Source: Candidatus Methylomirabilis oxygeniifera
GTDB lineage: Bacteria; Methylomirabilota; Methylomirabilia; Methylomirabilales; Methylomirabilaceae
Assembly: GCA_000091165.1 (NCBI GenBank)
Contig: FP565575.1
Coordinates: 1,140,001 to 1,172,000 of the forward strand
Direction: 5' to 3'
Length of the DNA stretch: 32,000 nt
Each line of letters opens with the position of its first letter. Positions within the stretch are counted from its first letter, which is position 1. Below are positions 9,038-18,267 of this stretch, in pieces. A model generated the notes under the pieces. The model did no database searches and was not told the DNA's origin. It was given only the letters and a program-made list of their open reading frames with translations. The translations under genes and the position numbers were made by a program.

Positions 9038-9361
9038 TCACTGACTTAATTTTGCACTGGCAAGCCGATTCAGACTAACGCCAAACTCAGCGGCCTGGAT
9101 GGCCAGTTTCTGATGAACCTGAGGTGGAACCCGCACCATGAATTTGCCGCTGAAATGGCGGGACGATATCGGTTCGGGTATGGCCTCACCTTTTTTATGC
9201 ATATCCCTCATGACATCGTTAACCACTTTACGAATGCCTTTTAGGGCTGATTCCGGTGTTTTTGCCAGCCAACTAAGGCTGGGAAATTCAGCACAGAGAC
9301 CAGCATACTCGTTGTCGTCTTCAGACCATGTTACCCGGTAGGTGAATTTATCTTTTTTCAT
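9038..9361 (-). CDS. hicB: type II antitoxin HicB (N-terminal HicB fold plus C-terminal ribbon-helix-helix)
   Basis: FTYRVTWSEDDNEYAGLCAEFPSLSWLAKTPESALKGIRKVV...GEAIPEP...FSGKFMVRVPPQVHQKLAIQAAEFGVSLNRL matches the HicB-family pattern (Y.v.wseeD..y.a...e.p......T.eeAl......PeP..ysGkf.lR.p..lH..La..A...gvSLN). It overlaps the hicA stop by 14 nt. GGAGG lies about 12 nt upstream. Confidence 0.85.
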   Translation of the reverse strand: MKKDKFTYRVTWSEDDNEYAGLCAEFPSLSWLAKTPESALKGIRKVVNDVMRDMHKKGEAIPEPISSRHFSGKFMVRVPPQVHQKLAIQAAEFGVSLNRLASAKLSQ

Positions 9362-9611
9362 GGGTGCGATCTACCTCCAATCTTTCTATTGCAAGAAGAA
9401 CCTGTCTAACCTGGTATGCTTTGGCGTTCCCCTTATCATTTTGAATATTTATTCTTGGATCGCCTTGCCACGGGGTTTTATAAATTCGATGACTGCTCCC
9501 TCCCTGGCGAGGTTCGCCGAAATAATGGTCGCACACTCTGCATAAATCGCTGAATCGCATATTCCGTGGATTTTGACGCATATGGCTGAGTGCGTCTTCT
9601 ATTGTACTCAT
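9348..9611 (-). CDS. hicA: type II toxin HicA (mRNA interferase family)
   Basis: 87 aa: ...NPRNMRFSDLCRVCDHYFGEPRQGGSSHRIYKTPW...INIQNDKGNAKAYQVRQVLLAIERLE fits the long HicA variant (P.n.rf.el..ll...Gf......GSSH.if......l.iq.d.ngkaK.YQVkQvl..ie). Toxin-first order with a small overlapping partner is typical of hicAB. Confidence 0.8.
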   Translation of the reverse strand: MSTIEDALSHMRQNPRNMRFSDLCRVCDHYFGEPRQGGSSHRIYKTPWQGDPRINIQNDKGNAKAYQVRQVLLAIERLEVDRTHEKR

Positions 9612-9617
9612 GTATCT

Positions 9618-9645
9618 ATAGTATCATTAGTGGTATCATTATCAA
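9618..9645 (-). promoter_or_regulatory. putative sigma70 promoter of hicAB giving a leaderless hicA mRNA; overlaps two GTATCATT direct repeats (candidate HicB operator)
   Basis: The minus strand reads TTGATA-16 nt-TACTAT-agatac-ATG(hicA), so the -10 ends 6 nt before the start codon and there is no SD. The plus strand shows GTATCATT at 9621-9628 and at 9633-9640 (12-nt register) covering the spacer. Confidence 0.45.
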
Positions 9646-9747
9646 GGGCTATTTGTGATGGCGCTATGGGGAAGGAAAGAAGGAACGGTTAATCGAGTAG
9701 AGCCAGCTTTGTAGCTGGACTACTCTTAGCATAATCACGGTTGACTC

Positions 9748-10086
9748 GTGAATTGCCCCCGTTTCATGAGACTACCCATGCTGTCATCCCTACCTGGCCT
9801 GCCGGTGGCAGACTGGCGGCAGACAGACCTCTCCAAGGGGAAGAAAAGTGACTGACGATCTATTACGCCAAATCTGGGAGGCGGTCAAGCGCTTTTCGTG
9901 GCTTGCGGTGGTGAAGCGGGTATCAGGACTGGCTTTTCGAGGGAAAGCGTGGAGGTGTCCAGCAATCTATTACGGTCGGACAATCGCGTGGTTCGACCTG
10001 CTCACCACGGGCAACCGGAGCGGGAGAGAACGGGGAGAGCGCTTCGCCTACGCTCGCAATGACGCGGTAGACGGTTGGTCTCGCGC
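9748..10086 (+). repeat. copy B of the ~310-340 bp direct repeat bracketing the hicAB cassette
   Basis: See copy A (8495-8804). Same orientation. The conserved small hairpin is CTGCC-GGT-GGCAG (9799-9811) against GCCTGCC-TGT-GGCAGGC (8546-8562). Confidence 0.7.
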
Positions 10087-10194
10087 TATGGAGGTTAATG
10101 CTCATGCGCGTGTGCCGCAGGCGTCTGAGGCATTGCTTCGCCCTTGCGCAATCGGGCTGCCTATGTTACGTTTCGAGCCGATCGCAGCCGAGTT

Positions 10195-10220
10195 GTCGGG
10201 TTACGCTGCGCTAACCCGAC
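10195..10220. repeat. REP-like hairpin GTCGGGTTA-cgctgcgc-TAACCCGAC upstream of leuS
   Basis: Perfect 9-bp stem with an 8-nt loop, followed by cctacg. It resembles short palindromic intergenic elements common in environmental genomes. Function unknown. Confidence 0.4.
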
Positions 10221-10295
10221 CTACGCCTGATTTTGGCATTCGACGCAAGGGACGCGGCAACGCAAGAGACCCGATAGACCTTTTCAAGGGAAGCC

Positions 10296-12890
10296 ATGGC
10301 GCGGGGTTACGACTTTAAAACAATCGAAGCGAAGTGGCAGCGGGTGTGGGAGGAAAGTGGCGCCTTCGCAGTTATGGAAGAGCCGGAGAGGCGCAAATTC
10401 TACCTCCTTGAGATGTATCCCTACCCGTCCGGCAGGATCCATATGGGCCACGTGCGTAACTATGCCATCGGCGACGTATTGGCTCGGTTTCTCCGGATGC
10501 GCGGGTATAACGTGTTACACCCGATGGGCTGGGACTCCTTCGGCCTGCCCGCTGAGAACGCCGCGATTGAACATCGCACGCAGCCGGCCAGGTGGACCAG
10601 CGACAATATCGCCTACATGCGTACCCAGCTTAAACGGATGGGGTTCTCCTACGATTGGCAGCGCGAAATCACCTGTAGTGATCCGGCCTACTATCGCTGG
10701 GGACAGTGGCTCTTTCTGAAGCTGTACGAGAAGGGGCTGGTCTACAAGAAATCATCCGCTGTCAACTGGTGTGAGGTCTGCCAGACTGTCCTGGCCAATG
10801 AGCAGGTTGAAGGGGGGCTCTGCTGGCGAGACGGAACGTCCGTTGTGCAGAAAGAGCTACCGGGATGGTTCTTCAGGATTACCGCGTATGCTGACGAATT
10901 GCTAAGCAGCTTGGATAATCTCTCCGGGTGGCCTGAGCCTGTCAAGGTGATGCAGCGCAACTGGATCGGCAAGAGCGTTGGAGCGGAGGTACGCTTCCCG
11001 CTGGCCGACCGGGAAGGCGCGCTGACCATCTTTACCACACGACAGGACACGCTCTTCGGGGTAACCTTCATGGTCCTGGCCCCGGAGCACCCGGACGCTC
11101 TTACCCTCGCGCAGGGCACGCCGCAGGAGCCGCAGGTGAGAGCCTTCATCGAACGGATTACCCGCGAGGATCGGCTGCAGCGTACAGCGACCGACGTCGA
11201 TAAGGAGGGGGTGTTCACGGGCGCCTATGCCATCAACCCGCTCACGCACGAGCGAATCCCTGTGTGGATCGGCAATTTCGTCCTGCTGGAGTATGGGACG
11301 GGCGCCATTATGGCGGTGCCGAGCAACGACCAGCGCGACTTTGAGTTCGCACAGAAGTATGGTCTGCCGGTCCGCTTGGCCGTGAAGCCTGTCGATGTTG
11401 ATCCGGATGAGCGTCACTTACAACAGGCCTATGAGGGTGAGGGGGTGCTGGTCAACTCCGGCCCATTTACCGGCATGGCCAGCCAACAGGCGCGCGAGGC
11501 GATCGCAGACTTCCTCGAGCGCGAGGCAATCGGGAAGCGAACGGTGAACTATCGGCTCCGCGACTGGGGAATCTCGCGACAGCGCTATTGGGGCAACCCG
11601 ATCCCGATCATCTACTGTGACGGGTGCAAGACGGTTCCGGTCCCGTACCGTGACCTGCCGGTCATCCTACCTCAGGACGTCCGGATTACAATGAAAGGCG
11701 GCTCCCCGCTTCGGAAGGTCGCTGAGTTTACCGACGTGCTGTGTCCACGGTGCGGCGGTCCCGCCAGGCGGGAGACCGATACGATGGACACCTTTGTCGA
11801 TTCGTCCTGGTATTTTCTTCGATTTACAAGTCCAAAAGACGAGGATGGACCGGTTACGCCTGCTCGCGTCAACTACTGGATGCCGGTCGATCAGTATATC
11901 GGGGGGATTGAGCATGCGGTGCTCCACCTGCTGTACGCACGCTTTTTTACCAAGGCAGTCCGCGATCTCGGTCTAATTGCTGTCGATGAGCCGTTTCGCC
12001 GGCTGTTGACGCAGGGTATGGTGTGCAAGGAGACGTACCGATGCGCAGAGCATGGCTTTCGATTACCCGAGGAGGTGGACGCTTCGTCCTGCTGTCGCGC
12101 GTGCGGTCGTCCGGTGAAGATCGGGCGCATCGAGAAGATGTCGAAATCGAAAAAGAACGTCGTCGATCCCGAAGATCTCTTGACGCAATACGGGGCCGAT
12201 ACTGCCCGCATATTCTGTCTGTTCGCCGCCCCACCGGAGAGGGATCTGGAGTGGTCCGACCAGGGTGTCGAGGGATCATTCCGATTTTTGTGTCGGATCG
12301 TCCGTCTCATCGAAGATCAGGAGGCGCTTCTCAAAGAGCCTAATCCATCTATCGCGTTTCAGAAGCTTATTGCGGGTCGCGCCTTATACCGAAAGGCCCA
12401 GCAGACAATCAAACGGGTCACAGAGGATATCGAGGACGACTTTCACTTCAACACCGCTATCAGCGCCCTCATGGAGTTGGCTAACGAGATCGGCCGCTTT
12501 GAGTTGGTAGGCTCTGCGGACGACGCTGATGAGCGGCGCGTTGCCTACAGCTATGCGGTCGAGACCCTTTTGCTGCTGCTGTCACCCTTTGCACCGCATT
12601 TGTGCGAGGAGCTGTGGGAACGACTTGGTCATGACGGGAGTATCTTTCAGGCGCCATGGCCGTCCTACGATCCCGCCATCATTACGGCCGAGGAGATTGT
12701 GGTGGTGGTTCAGATCGACGGGAAGGTCCGCAGTCGGCTCGTCATGCCGGCCGATGCCGACGATACCGCCATGCGTGAGGCAGCTCTTTCGGATGAGCGG
12801 GTCAAGGGGTGGCTTGAGGACAGACCGATCCGGAAGGTCGTAGTCGTGCCGAGGAAGCTGGTGAATATTGTAACCGGGGGAGTCCGATGA
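10296..12890 (+). CDS. leuS: leucine--tRNA ligase
   Basis: 864 aa. Class I signatures [15 protein letters not shown] (HIGH variant) and KMSKSKKN (KMSKS), a CP1 editing domain, and a zinc-binding CxxC pair. Confidence 0.97.
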   Translation: MARGYDFKTIEAKWQRVWEESGAFAVMEEPERRKFYLLEMYPYPSGRIHMGHVRNYAIGDVLARFLRMRGYNVLHPMGWDSFGLPAENAAIEHRTQPARWTSDNIAYMRTQLKRMGFSYDWQREITCSDPAYYRWGQWLFLKLYEKGLVYKKSSAVNWCEVCQTVLANEQVEGGLCWRDGTSVVQKELPGWFFRITAYADELLSSLDNLSGWPEPVKVMQRNWIGKSVGAEVRFPLADREGALTIFTTRQDTLFGVTFMVLAPEHPDALTLAQGTPQEPQVRAFIERITREDRLQRTATDVDKEGVFTGAYAINPLTHERIPVWIGNFVLLEYGTGAIMAVPSNDQRDFEFAQKYGLPVRLAVKPVDVDPDERHLQQAYEGEGVLVNSGPFTGMASQQAREAIADFLEREAIGKRTVNYRLRDWGISRQRYWGNPIPIIYCDGCKTVPVPYRDLPVILPQDVRITMKGGSPLRKVAEFTDVLCPRCGGPARRETDTMDTFVDSSWYFLRFTSPKDEDGPVTPARVNYWMPVDQYIGGIEHAVLHLLYARFFTKAVRDLGLIAVDEPFRRLLTQGMVCKETYRCAEHGFRLPEEVDASSCCRACGRPVKIGRIEKMSKSKKNVVDPEDLLTQYGADTARIFCLFAAPPERDLEWSDQGVEGSFRFLCRIVRLIEDQEALLKEPNPSIAFQKLIAGRALYRKAQQTIKRVTEDIEDDFHFNTAISALMELANEIGRFELVGSADDADERRVAYSYAVETLLLLLSPFAPHLCEELWERLGHDGSIFQAPWPSYDPAIITAEEIVVVVQIDGKVRSRLVMPADADDTAMREAALSDERVKGWLEDRPIRKVVVVPRKLVNIVTGGVR

Positions 12891-13393
12891 GAACAATCGT
12901 ATGCATGGCGGTACTATTGATGCTGGCTGGATGCGGCTATCGATCGGTAGGTTCCGGAGAGGTGAACGCTCTTCAGTCATCCGTAAAGACGATCAGCATC
13001 GGGATTGTCAAGAATCGAACCTTCCGTCCTACCATTCAGCCGGCCCTAAGAGATGCACTCATTCGTCGACTTGTGGCCGACGGCCGGATCAAAGTTGTAG
13101 AGGAGGGCGCCGACGCCATTTTAGAGGGAGCCATTGAAGGATTCGGCGAAGAACCGCTCGCCTTCGGTTCCGCGGATACGGCCAAGCGCCTGCGAATGAG
13201 CATTTCGTTCTCCTTCACAGTGAAAAATCGATCGGAGGATAAGGTGCTTCTCCGGGACGGCGTCACAGGTGTGGCCTATTACTTTACCGGAACGGGCCTC
13301 GCTGAGACCAGGACGGCCGAGGATGAGGCGACGCTTCGCGCGGTGACGGATCTGGCCGAGCAGGTCGTCAGTCGACTGATCGATGGGGTATAA
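12887..13393 (+). CDS. lptE: LPS-assembly lipoprotein LptE (RlpB)
   Basis: ATGA overlap with the leuS stop. Lipobox LLMLAG-C. Size of 168 aa and the conserved leuS-lptE-holA synteny. Confidence 0.75.
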   Translation: MRTIVCMAVLLMLAGCGYRSVGSGEVNALQSSVKTISIGIVKNRTFRPTIQPALRDALIRRLVADGRIKVVEEGADAILEGAIEGFGEEPLAFGSADTAKRLRMSISFSFTVKNRSEDKVLLRDGVTGVAYYFTGTGLAETRTAEDEATLRAVTDLAEQVVSRLIDGV

Positions 13394-14400
13394 TGGGGCG
13401 CGGGATCAGGAAAAGCTACTCAGTTGCCGAACAAGTCCGTAGAGGGGAGGTTGCGCCGGTCTATTGTCTCTACGGAGAGGAAGAGTATCGTCGGGAACAG
13501 ACGCTGAACCAGCTCCTCGACGCATTGCTGACGAAAGATGCGAGAGACCTGAATCTCGACCAGATTCGGCCAGGGGAGACCGGGGCGCCATCGATTCTAG
13601 GGAGTGTGCGCACTCTACCGTTTCTGGCATTGCGGCGGGTGGTTTTGATCCGAGGCGTCGAGGAGCTGTCGCGTGAGCAGCAGGAGGAGCTGCTTGCCTA
13701 TCTCAACGACCCCTGCCCCACGAGCTGTCTTGTGCTGACAGCGAGACGTCTTGACCTCCGGACCCGACTGGCCGCGGCATTACAAAAAAAAGGCGTACTG
13801 CTTCGCTTTGACCGGTTGGAGGCAGATTCATTGAAGGACTCTCTCCTGGCAGCGGCTGACGACCGTGGCGTGCGGCTGCACCCGGACGCGATCGGCCTGC
13901 TTCTGGCCCTGGTTGGGGACGATTTCCGGCAGTTAATCTACAATATAGAGAAGGTCGCGCTTTTCGTTGGCGAGCGCGAGGAGATACGCGCGAACGATAT
14001 CGAAGCCATGGTTGGTGAGACCCGGGTGAGATCGATCTTTCAACTGACCGACGCCGTGTCAAGCAGGAACCTGGATATGGCTCTTCGTTGCCTGACAGGT
14101 CTATTGGAGAGTGGGGAAGAGCCCCTGGCTATTATCGGCATGCTCGCCCGTCAGATCCGTCTGTTAGTCCGGGCAAAAGCACTGCAAGAGCAGAAGGTTC
14201 CGGTCAGTAGGATGACCCAGGAGTTTCATCTACCGCCTCGCGTCGTTGTTGCCTTGGCAGAGCAGAGTTCTTCACGTTCATGGCGGCAATTAACGGATGC
14301 GCTCCAGTCGCTCTCGGGGACCGACGTGGTCATCAAAACCGGGAGATCTGCGGCTCCCGTCGCCTTGAGCGGATTAGTCTGGAACCTTTGCCGGGCGTGA
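13393..14400 (+). CDS. holA: DNA polymerase III subunit delta
   Basis: TAATG overlap with lptE. N-terminus ...APVYCLYGEEEYRREQTLNQLLDAL is typical of HolA. 335 aa, with matching synteny. Confidence 0.8.
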   Translation: MGRGIRKSYSVAEQVRRGEVAPVYCLYGEEEYRREQTLNQLLDALLTKDARDLNLDQIRPGETGAPSILGSVRTLPFLALRRVVLIRGVEELSREQQEELLAYLNDPCPTSCLVLTARRLDLRTRLAAALQKKGVLLRFDRLEADSLKDSLLAAADDRGVRLHPDAIGLLLALVGDDFRQLIYNIEKVALFVGEREEIRANDIEAMVGETRVRSIFQLTDAVSSRNLDMALRCLTGLLESGEEPLAIIGMLARQIRLLVRAKALQEQKVPVSRMTQEFHLPPRVVVALAEQSSSRSWRQLTDALQSLSGTDVVIKTGRSAAPVALSGLVWNLCRA

Positions 14401-14403
14401 GTC

Positions 14404-14676
14404 CTACGACGATTGCGGGAGGGCGTGAACCTGGCGAGCGAGTCGTGACTTGTAGCGGGCCGCGGCGTTCTTATGGATAAAACCTTTACTGGCGGCTCGA
14501 TCAATGGTCGGCACAGCCTGCAAGAATGCCTTCTCCGCAGCATCCCGGTCACTTCCCTCAATCCCCGTTCGCACCTTTTTGATCACCGTCTTCAGGGTGC
14601 TCTTTGCCGCGCGATTGCGCAACCGTCGCTTCAGGCTTTGCCGCATGTGCTTCTGTGCTGACTTGGTGATTGGCAT
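14404..14676 (-). CDS. rpsT: 30S ribosomal protein S20
   Basis: [30 protein letters not shown]..., 90 aa, basic, with GGAG 8 nt upstream. The track ORF (to 14790) over-extends the N-terminus. The stop is only 3 nt from the convergent holA stop. Confidence 0.9.
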   Translation of the reverse strand: MPITKSAQKHMRQSLKRRLRNRAAKSTLKTVIKKVRTGIEGSDRDAAEKAFLQAVPTIDRAASKGFIHKNAAARYKSRLARQVHALPQSS

Positions 14677-14742
14677 CGTTTCGTTTCTCCTTTGTCGCGT
14701 GTCGTATCTATTTGCTATGCGGAAGGGTCCAACGCGCTGTTT

Positions 14743-14771
14743 ATTAAAAAGGAACGGCGCTTCGTTGTCAA
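14743..14771 (-). promoter_or_regulatory. putative sigma70 promoter for rpsT
   Basis: The minus strand reads TTGACA (14771-14766), a 17-nt spacer, then TTTAAT (14748-14743). This predicts a ~60-nt leader. The -35 lies 11 nt from the divergent murJ start. Confidence 0.45.
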
Positions 14772-14781
14772 GGAATTTCTG

Positions 14782-16384
14782 ATGGAGCAAGAACGTCCCG
14801 GGAGAATCGCACGAGCCGCCGGCGTGGTGAGTGGGGCCACCCTGTTAAGTCGTATTCTTGGCTTTCTCCGCGATCTGATCATTGCGAGGTCATTCGGCGC
14901 CGGAACCGCAACCGATGCCTTCTTTGCCGCCTTCCGCCTCCCCAATATGTTGCGGGAGCTGCTGGGGGGAGGGGGCCCTCTCGGCGGCGTTTATCCCGGT
15001 CTTCACCGAATCGTTCAGAACGCGCGGACGTGAGGGCGCCTGGCGATTGGCACGGACTGTCTTGATGCTGCTGGCGCTGCTGCTCGTAGCGGTCTCCATC
15101 GCCGGTATCCTGCTTGCGCCGTGGTTGATCCGAGTCATCGCCCCCGGTTTCCAAGCCATCCCGTCAAAACTTGACCTTGCCGTCTCTCTGACGCGGATGA
15201 TGTTCCCCTATATCTTTTTTATCGGGTTGGCCGCGCTTTTCATGGCGATTTTGAATTCGCAGGGTCACTTCGCCGCCCCGGCGCTGTCGCCCACTGTACT
15301 CAACATCGCCATGATCGTGTGCGCCTTCTATCTGACGCCTTATGTAGACCCGCCGATCGAGGCGCTCGCTATCGGTGTCCTCATTGGCGGCGCGGGTCAG
15401 CTTCTGGTTCAAATTCCCGCGATCTGGAGGCGGAGCAGGGGAACCCACTGGGGTATTGATATTAGCGATCCGGCCGTCGGCCGGATCGGGCGTCTTATGG
15501 TGCCCGGGGTCGCAGGACTGGCCATTACACAGGTGAACGTCTTCATCGGGACCTTACTCGCCTCACTGATGGGGGAGGGTGGAATTTCGGTCCTGTACTA
15601 CGCGTTTCGACTAATCCAACTCCCGATCGGTCTTTTTGGAGTAGCGATTGCGACGGCGGCCTTTCCCACCATGGCCAGGCAGGCAGCCGATCGTTCCCTT
15701 GGAGAGGTCGCAGCAACCGTGGCCTATGCGATTCGCCTTGTCTTGTTTGTCACGCTACCGGCTATGGTGGGTCTGATAATATTCAGAGTCCCGATCGTTC
15801 AGCTCCTGTTTGAGCGGGGCGCCTTTGACCGAACCGTGACCCTCGCCACCGCCGAGGTCGTACTGTTTTATGCCGTCGGTCTTGGGGCCTATGTGTCCAA
15901 TCGCATTCTCGTGCCGGCCTTCTACTCGCTTCAGGATACGACGACGCCGGTCAAGATCGGGATGGTAACCGTCATGGTCAACATTGCGTCATCTCTCCTG
16001 CTGATGCGGCCCATGGGACTAGCCGGCCTGGCCCTCGCGACGGCTCTCTCCTCCTTCGTAAACCTCGGTCTCCTGCTGATCGCCCTACAGCGCCGCCTGG
16101 GGCGGCTCAACGGGTTACGCGTTCGTTCGCTCGCACAGACAACCGGGGCTGCCGCCGTCATGGCTCTGATCAGCGTATCGCTCGTCTACCTTCGTGATCC
16201 GCTGACGGTTGAACCGTTCCTCTATCGCGCCGCGGTGCTCTCGTTTGAGCTTGCAATAAGCCTCGCCGTCTTCATTGGAGCCGCCGCCTGCATGGGTTCT
16301 GAAGAGTTGAGGGGCTTAGTGCGAGGACTGACCGGCCGACGTCGAGAGGCAAGAAGCGAAGGATCCGAGGAAGATTGTCATTGA
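14782..16384 (+). CDS. murJ: lipid II flippase MurJ (MviN), interrupted by an apparent +1 frameshift in a G6 run at 14964-14969
   Basis: N-terminus (frame of 14782): [62 protein letters not shown]. The rest (frame +1, track ORF 14882-16384): [17 protein letters not shown]... through 14 TM-like segments. Removing one G restores the canonical ...[18 protein letters not shown]... and a 533-aa protein. Confidence 0.85.
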
Positions 16385-16467
16385 CGGTAAGAGGGGGATA
16401 TGCTAAAAAATCTAAGGAAAAGTAGGTAGATAGACTGGAAGCCGAAGATGTTTGAGTTTTACCCATC

Positions 16468-16485
16468 GGCCTTCAGTCTTCAGCC
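16468..16485 (+). repeat. NNTCAGY tandem heptamer (ggCCTTCAGTCTTCAGCc) downstream of murJ
   Basis: CTTCAGT CTTCAGC lies 84 nt after the murJ stop. An imperfect complementary arm ctggaagccgaagatg lies at about 16434-16450. Confidence 0.4.
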
Positions 16486-16524
16486 TAAACCCCTGGCGTT
16501 TATTGTGGGTGGGGAGACGAGGTC

Positions 16525-18267
16525 ATGAAATTGACGGGATCGGAGATATTACTGAGGAGTCTGGCCGAGGAGGGCGTTGATACTGTCTTCGGTATGCCGG
16601 GTGGCGTGATCCTGCATACATATGACGTGATGACCGATGCCGCCGTTGGCTCGAAGATCCGGCATATCCTCTGCCGTCATGAGCAGGGCGCGACGCACGC
16701 GGCAGAAGGATATTATAAGGCCAGCGGTAAGGTGGGGACGGTGATGGTGACCTCCGGGCCGGGGGCCTGCAATACCGTGACGGGCGTGACCGATGCCTTG
16801 CTGGACTCCATGGCCATTGTGGTCTTTACCGGTCAGGTGCCGACAACAGCCATGGGCTGCGACGCCTTTCAGGAAGCCGACGTCGTCGGTACCACGCGCA
16901 CCTGCACCAAGCACAACTTCCTCGCCCTCAAGACCGAGGACATCCCACGGATCGTCAAGGAGGCCTACTACATCGCACGCTCCGGCCGACCAGGGCCGGT
17001 GCTGGTGGACCTTCCGAAGAACGTGATTATGGGACGCGCAGAGTATCGCGGTCATCCGCAAGAACTGAACATTCGCGGCTACAAGCCGACCACTCAAGGG
17101 CATGCCGGTCAGATCAAGCGAGCGGTTGAATTGATGCGGACCGCCAAGCGGCCGCTCATATACGGGGGCGGGGGGATCATTCACTCGGAGGCGTACGAAG
17201 AGCTCCGCGAGCTGGTCGATATGACCCAGATCCCGGTTGTGCTGACGTTGATGGGTTTAGGCGCCTTCAACACATCCGATCCGCGCTGGCTCGGCATGGT
17301 GGGCATGCACGGAACCTATTGGTCAAATATGGCCATGATTCACTGCGACCTGATGATCGCCATCGGATCTCGATTTAGCGATCGGGTGACCGGGAGGCTG
17401 TCCGAATTCGGCAAACAATGCAAGATTATCCATATCGACATCGATCCGACCTCCATCAGAAAAACGGTACATGTGGATGTTCCGATTGTGGGTGATGTCA
17501 AGCAGGTGTTGGGTGAACTCAACAAAGCCGTCGGCCAGGTGGAACGACACTGGACCGACGACTTTGAGGAGTGGTATGCGCAGATCGCGGAATGGAAGTC
17601 GAAACACCCGCTGCGGTATGGCCCGATGCAGGATGTGATCAAGCCGCAGTATGCCATCGATATGGTCTTTGAGGTCAGTGAGGACATGAACCCGATTGTC
17701 GCGACCGGCGTGGGCCAGCACCAGATGTGGGCGGCGCAACGCTATCGAGGGCACAGGCCGCGCCGGTGGCTGACCTCAGGCGGTCTTGGAACGATGGGTT
17801 ACGGGTTTCCCGCGGCTATGGGCGCCCAGGCGGCGTTCCCGAACGATTTAGTGATCTGCATCGATGGTGACGGCAGCTTCCAGATGACCAATCAGGACCT
17901 GATCACCTGCGTGGAAAATAATCTGCCCGTCAAGGTGGTGATTATCAACAACGGCTATCTCGGGATGGTTCGGCAGTGGCAGGAGCTCTTTTTTAACCGG
18001 CGATACTCTCAGGTGGACCTGACGATCCAGCCGAACTTTGTGAAGCTCGCCGAGGCGTATGGAGCAACCGGTCTTCGCGCCAAGCATCCGGATGAGGTCA
18101 AGTCCGTCCTGGAGAAGGCCTTCGCCACGCCGGGACCGGTTATCGTGGACATCGCCACAGAGCGTGAAGAAAATTGCCTTCCCATGATTCCGCCCGGTGG
18201 AGCGATTAAGGACATTATCGACTACGGTGATCCGATTCCGGAGAAGCTGTTTCAAGGTCTGCGATGA
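16525..18267 (+). CDS. ilvB: acetolactate synthase (acetohydroxyacid synthase) large subunit
   Basis: 580 aa. ThDP motif GGLGTMGYGFPAAMGA...IDGDGSFQMTNQDL...NNGYLGMVRQWQ. Followed by ilvN and ilvC. Confidence 0.93.
   Translation: MKLTGSEILLRSLAEEGVDTVFGMPGGVILHTYDVMTDAAVGSKIRHILCRHEQGATHAAEGYYKASGKVGTVMVTSGPGACNTVTGVTDALLDSMAIVVFTGQVPTTAMGCDAFQEADVVGTTRTCTKHNFLALKTEDIPRIVKEAYYIARSGRPGPVLVDLPKNVIMGRAEYRGHPQELNIRGYKPTTQGHAGQIKRAVELMRTAKRPLIYGGGGIIHSEAYEELRELVDMTQIPVVLTLMGLGAFNTSDPRWLGMVGMHGTYWSNMAMIHCDLMIAIGSRFSDRVTGRLSEFGKQCKIIHIDIDPTSIRKTVHVDVPIVGDVKQVLGELNKAVGQVERHWTDDFEEWYAQIAEWKSKHPLRYGPMQDVIKPQYAIDMVFEVSEDMNPIVATGVGQHQMWAAQRYRGHRPRRWLTSGGLGTMGYGFPAAMGAQAAFPNDLVICIDGDGSFQMTNQDLITCVENNLPVKVVIINNGYLGMVRQWQELFFNRRYSQVDLTIQPNFVKLAEAYGATGLRAKHPDEVKSVLEKAFATPGPVIVDIATEREENCLPMIPPGGAIKDIIDYGDPIPEKLFQGLR

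Noticed and set aside
8495-10086. Integron-like gene cassette (attC sites) or a CRISPR array around hicAB.
   Set aside because: The repeats are about 310-340 bp, far longer than attC sites or CRISPR repeats, and there are only two copies. I could not find paired RYYYAAC/GTTRRRY cores, and there is no intI or cas gene in the window.
8348-10318. ORFs inside the direct repeats (8348-8779, 8500-8973, 8612-8971 minus strand, 9848-10318) as real proteins, including a shared TDDLLRQI...FRGKAWR peptide.
   Set aside because: Differences between the two copies are mostly non-synonymous (about 11 against 4 in 44 codons). The frames diverge after the indel, the 9848 ORF runs into leuS, and the products look like translated repeats (e.g. 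...SLHSQ*).
14964-14969. Programmed +1 ribosomal frameshifting or phase variation in murJ.
   Set aside because: No supporting context (no slow codon plus SD-like stimulator as in prfB). A single extra G in a homopolymer is most simply an assembly or sequencing error. Kept as a finding only because it needs read-level checking.
16385-16524. Leader-peptide attenuator or T-box upstream of ilvB.
   Set aside because: The only mini-ORF (MLKNLRKSR, 16397-16426) has no Ile/Leu/Val run. No terminator/antiterminator alternative is evident. The hairpin there belongs to the heptamer-repeat family.
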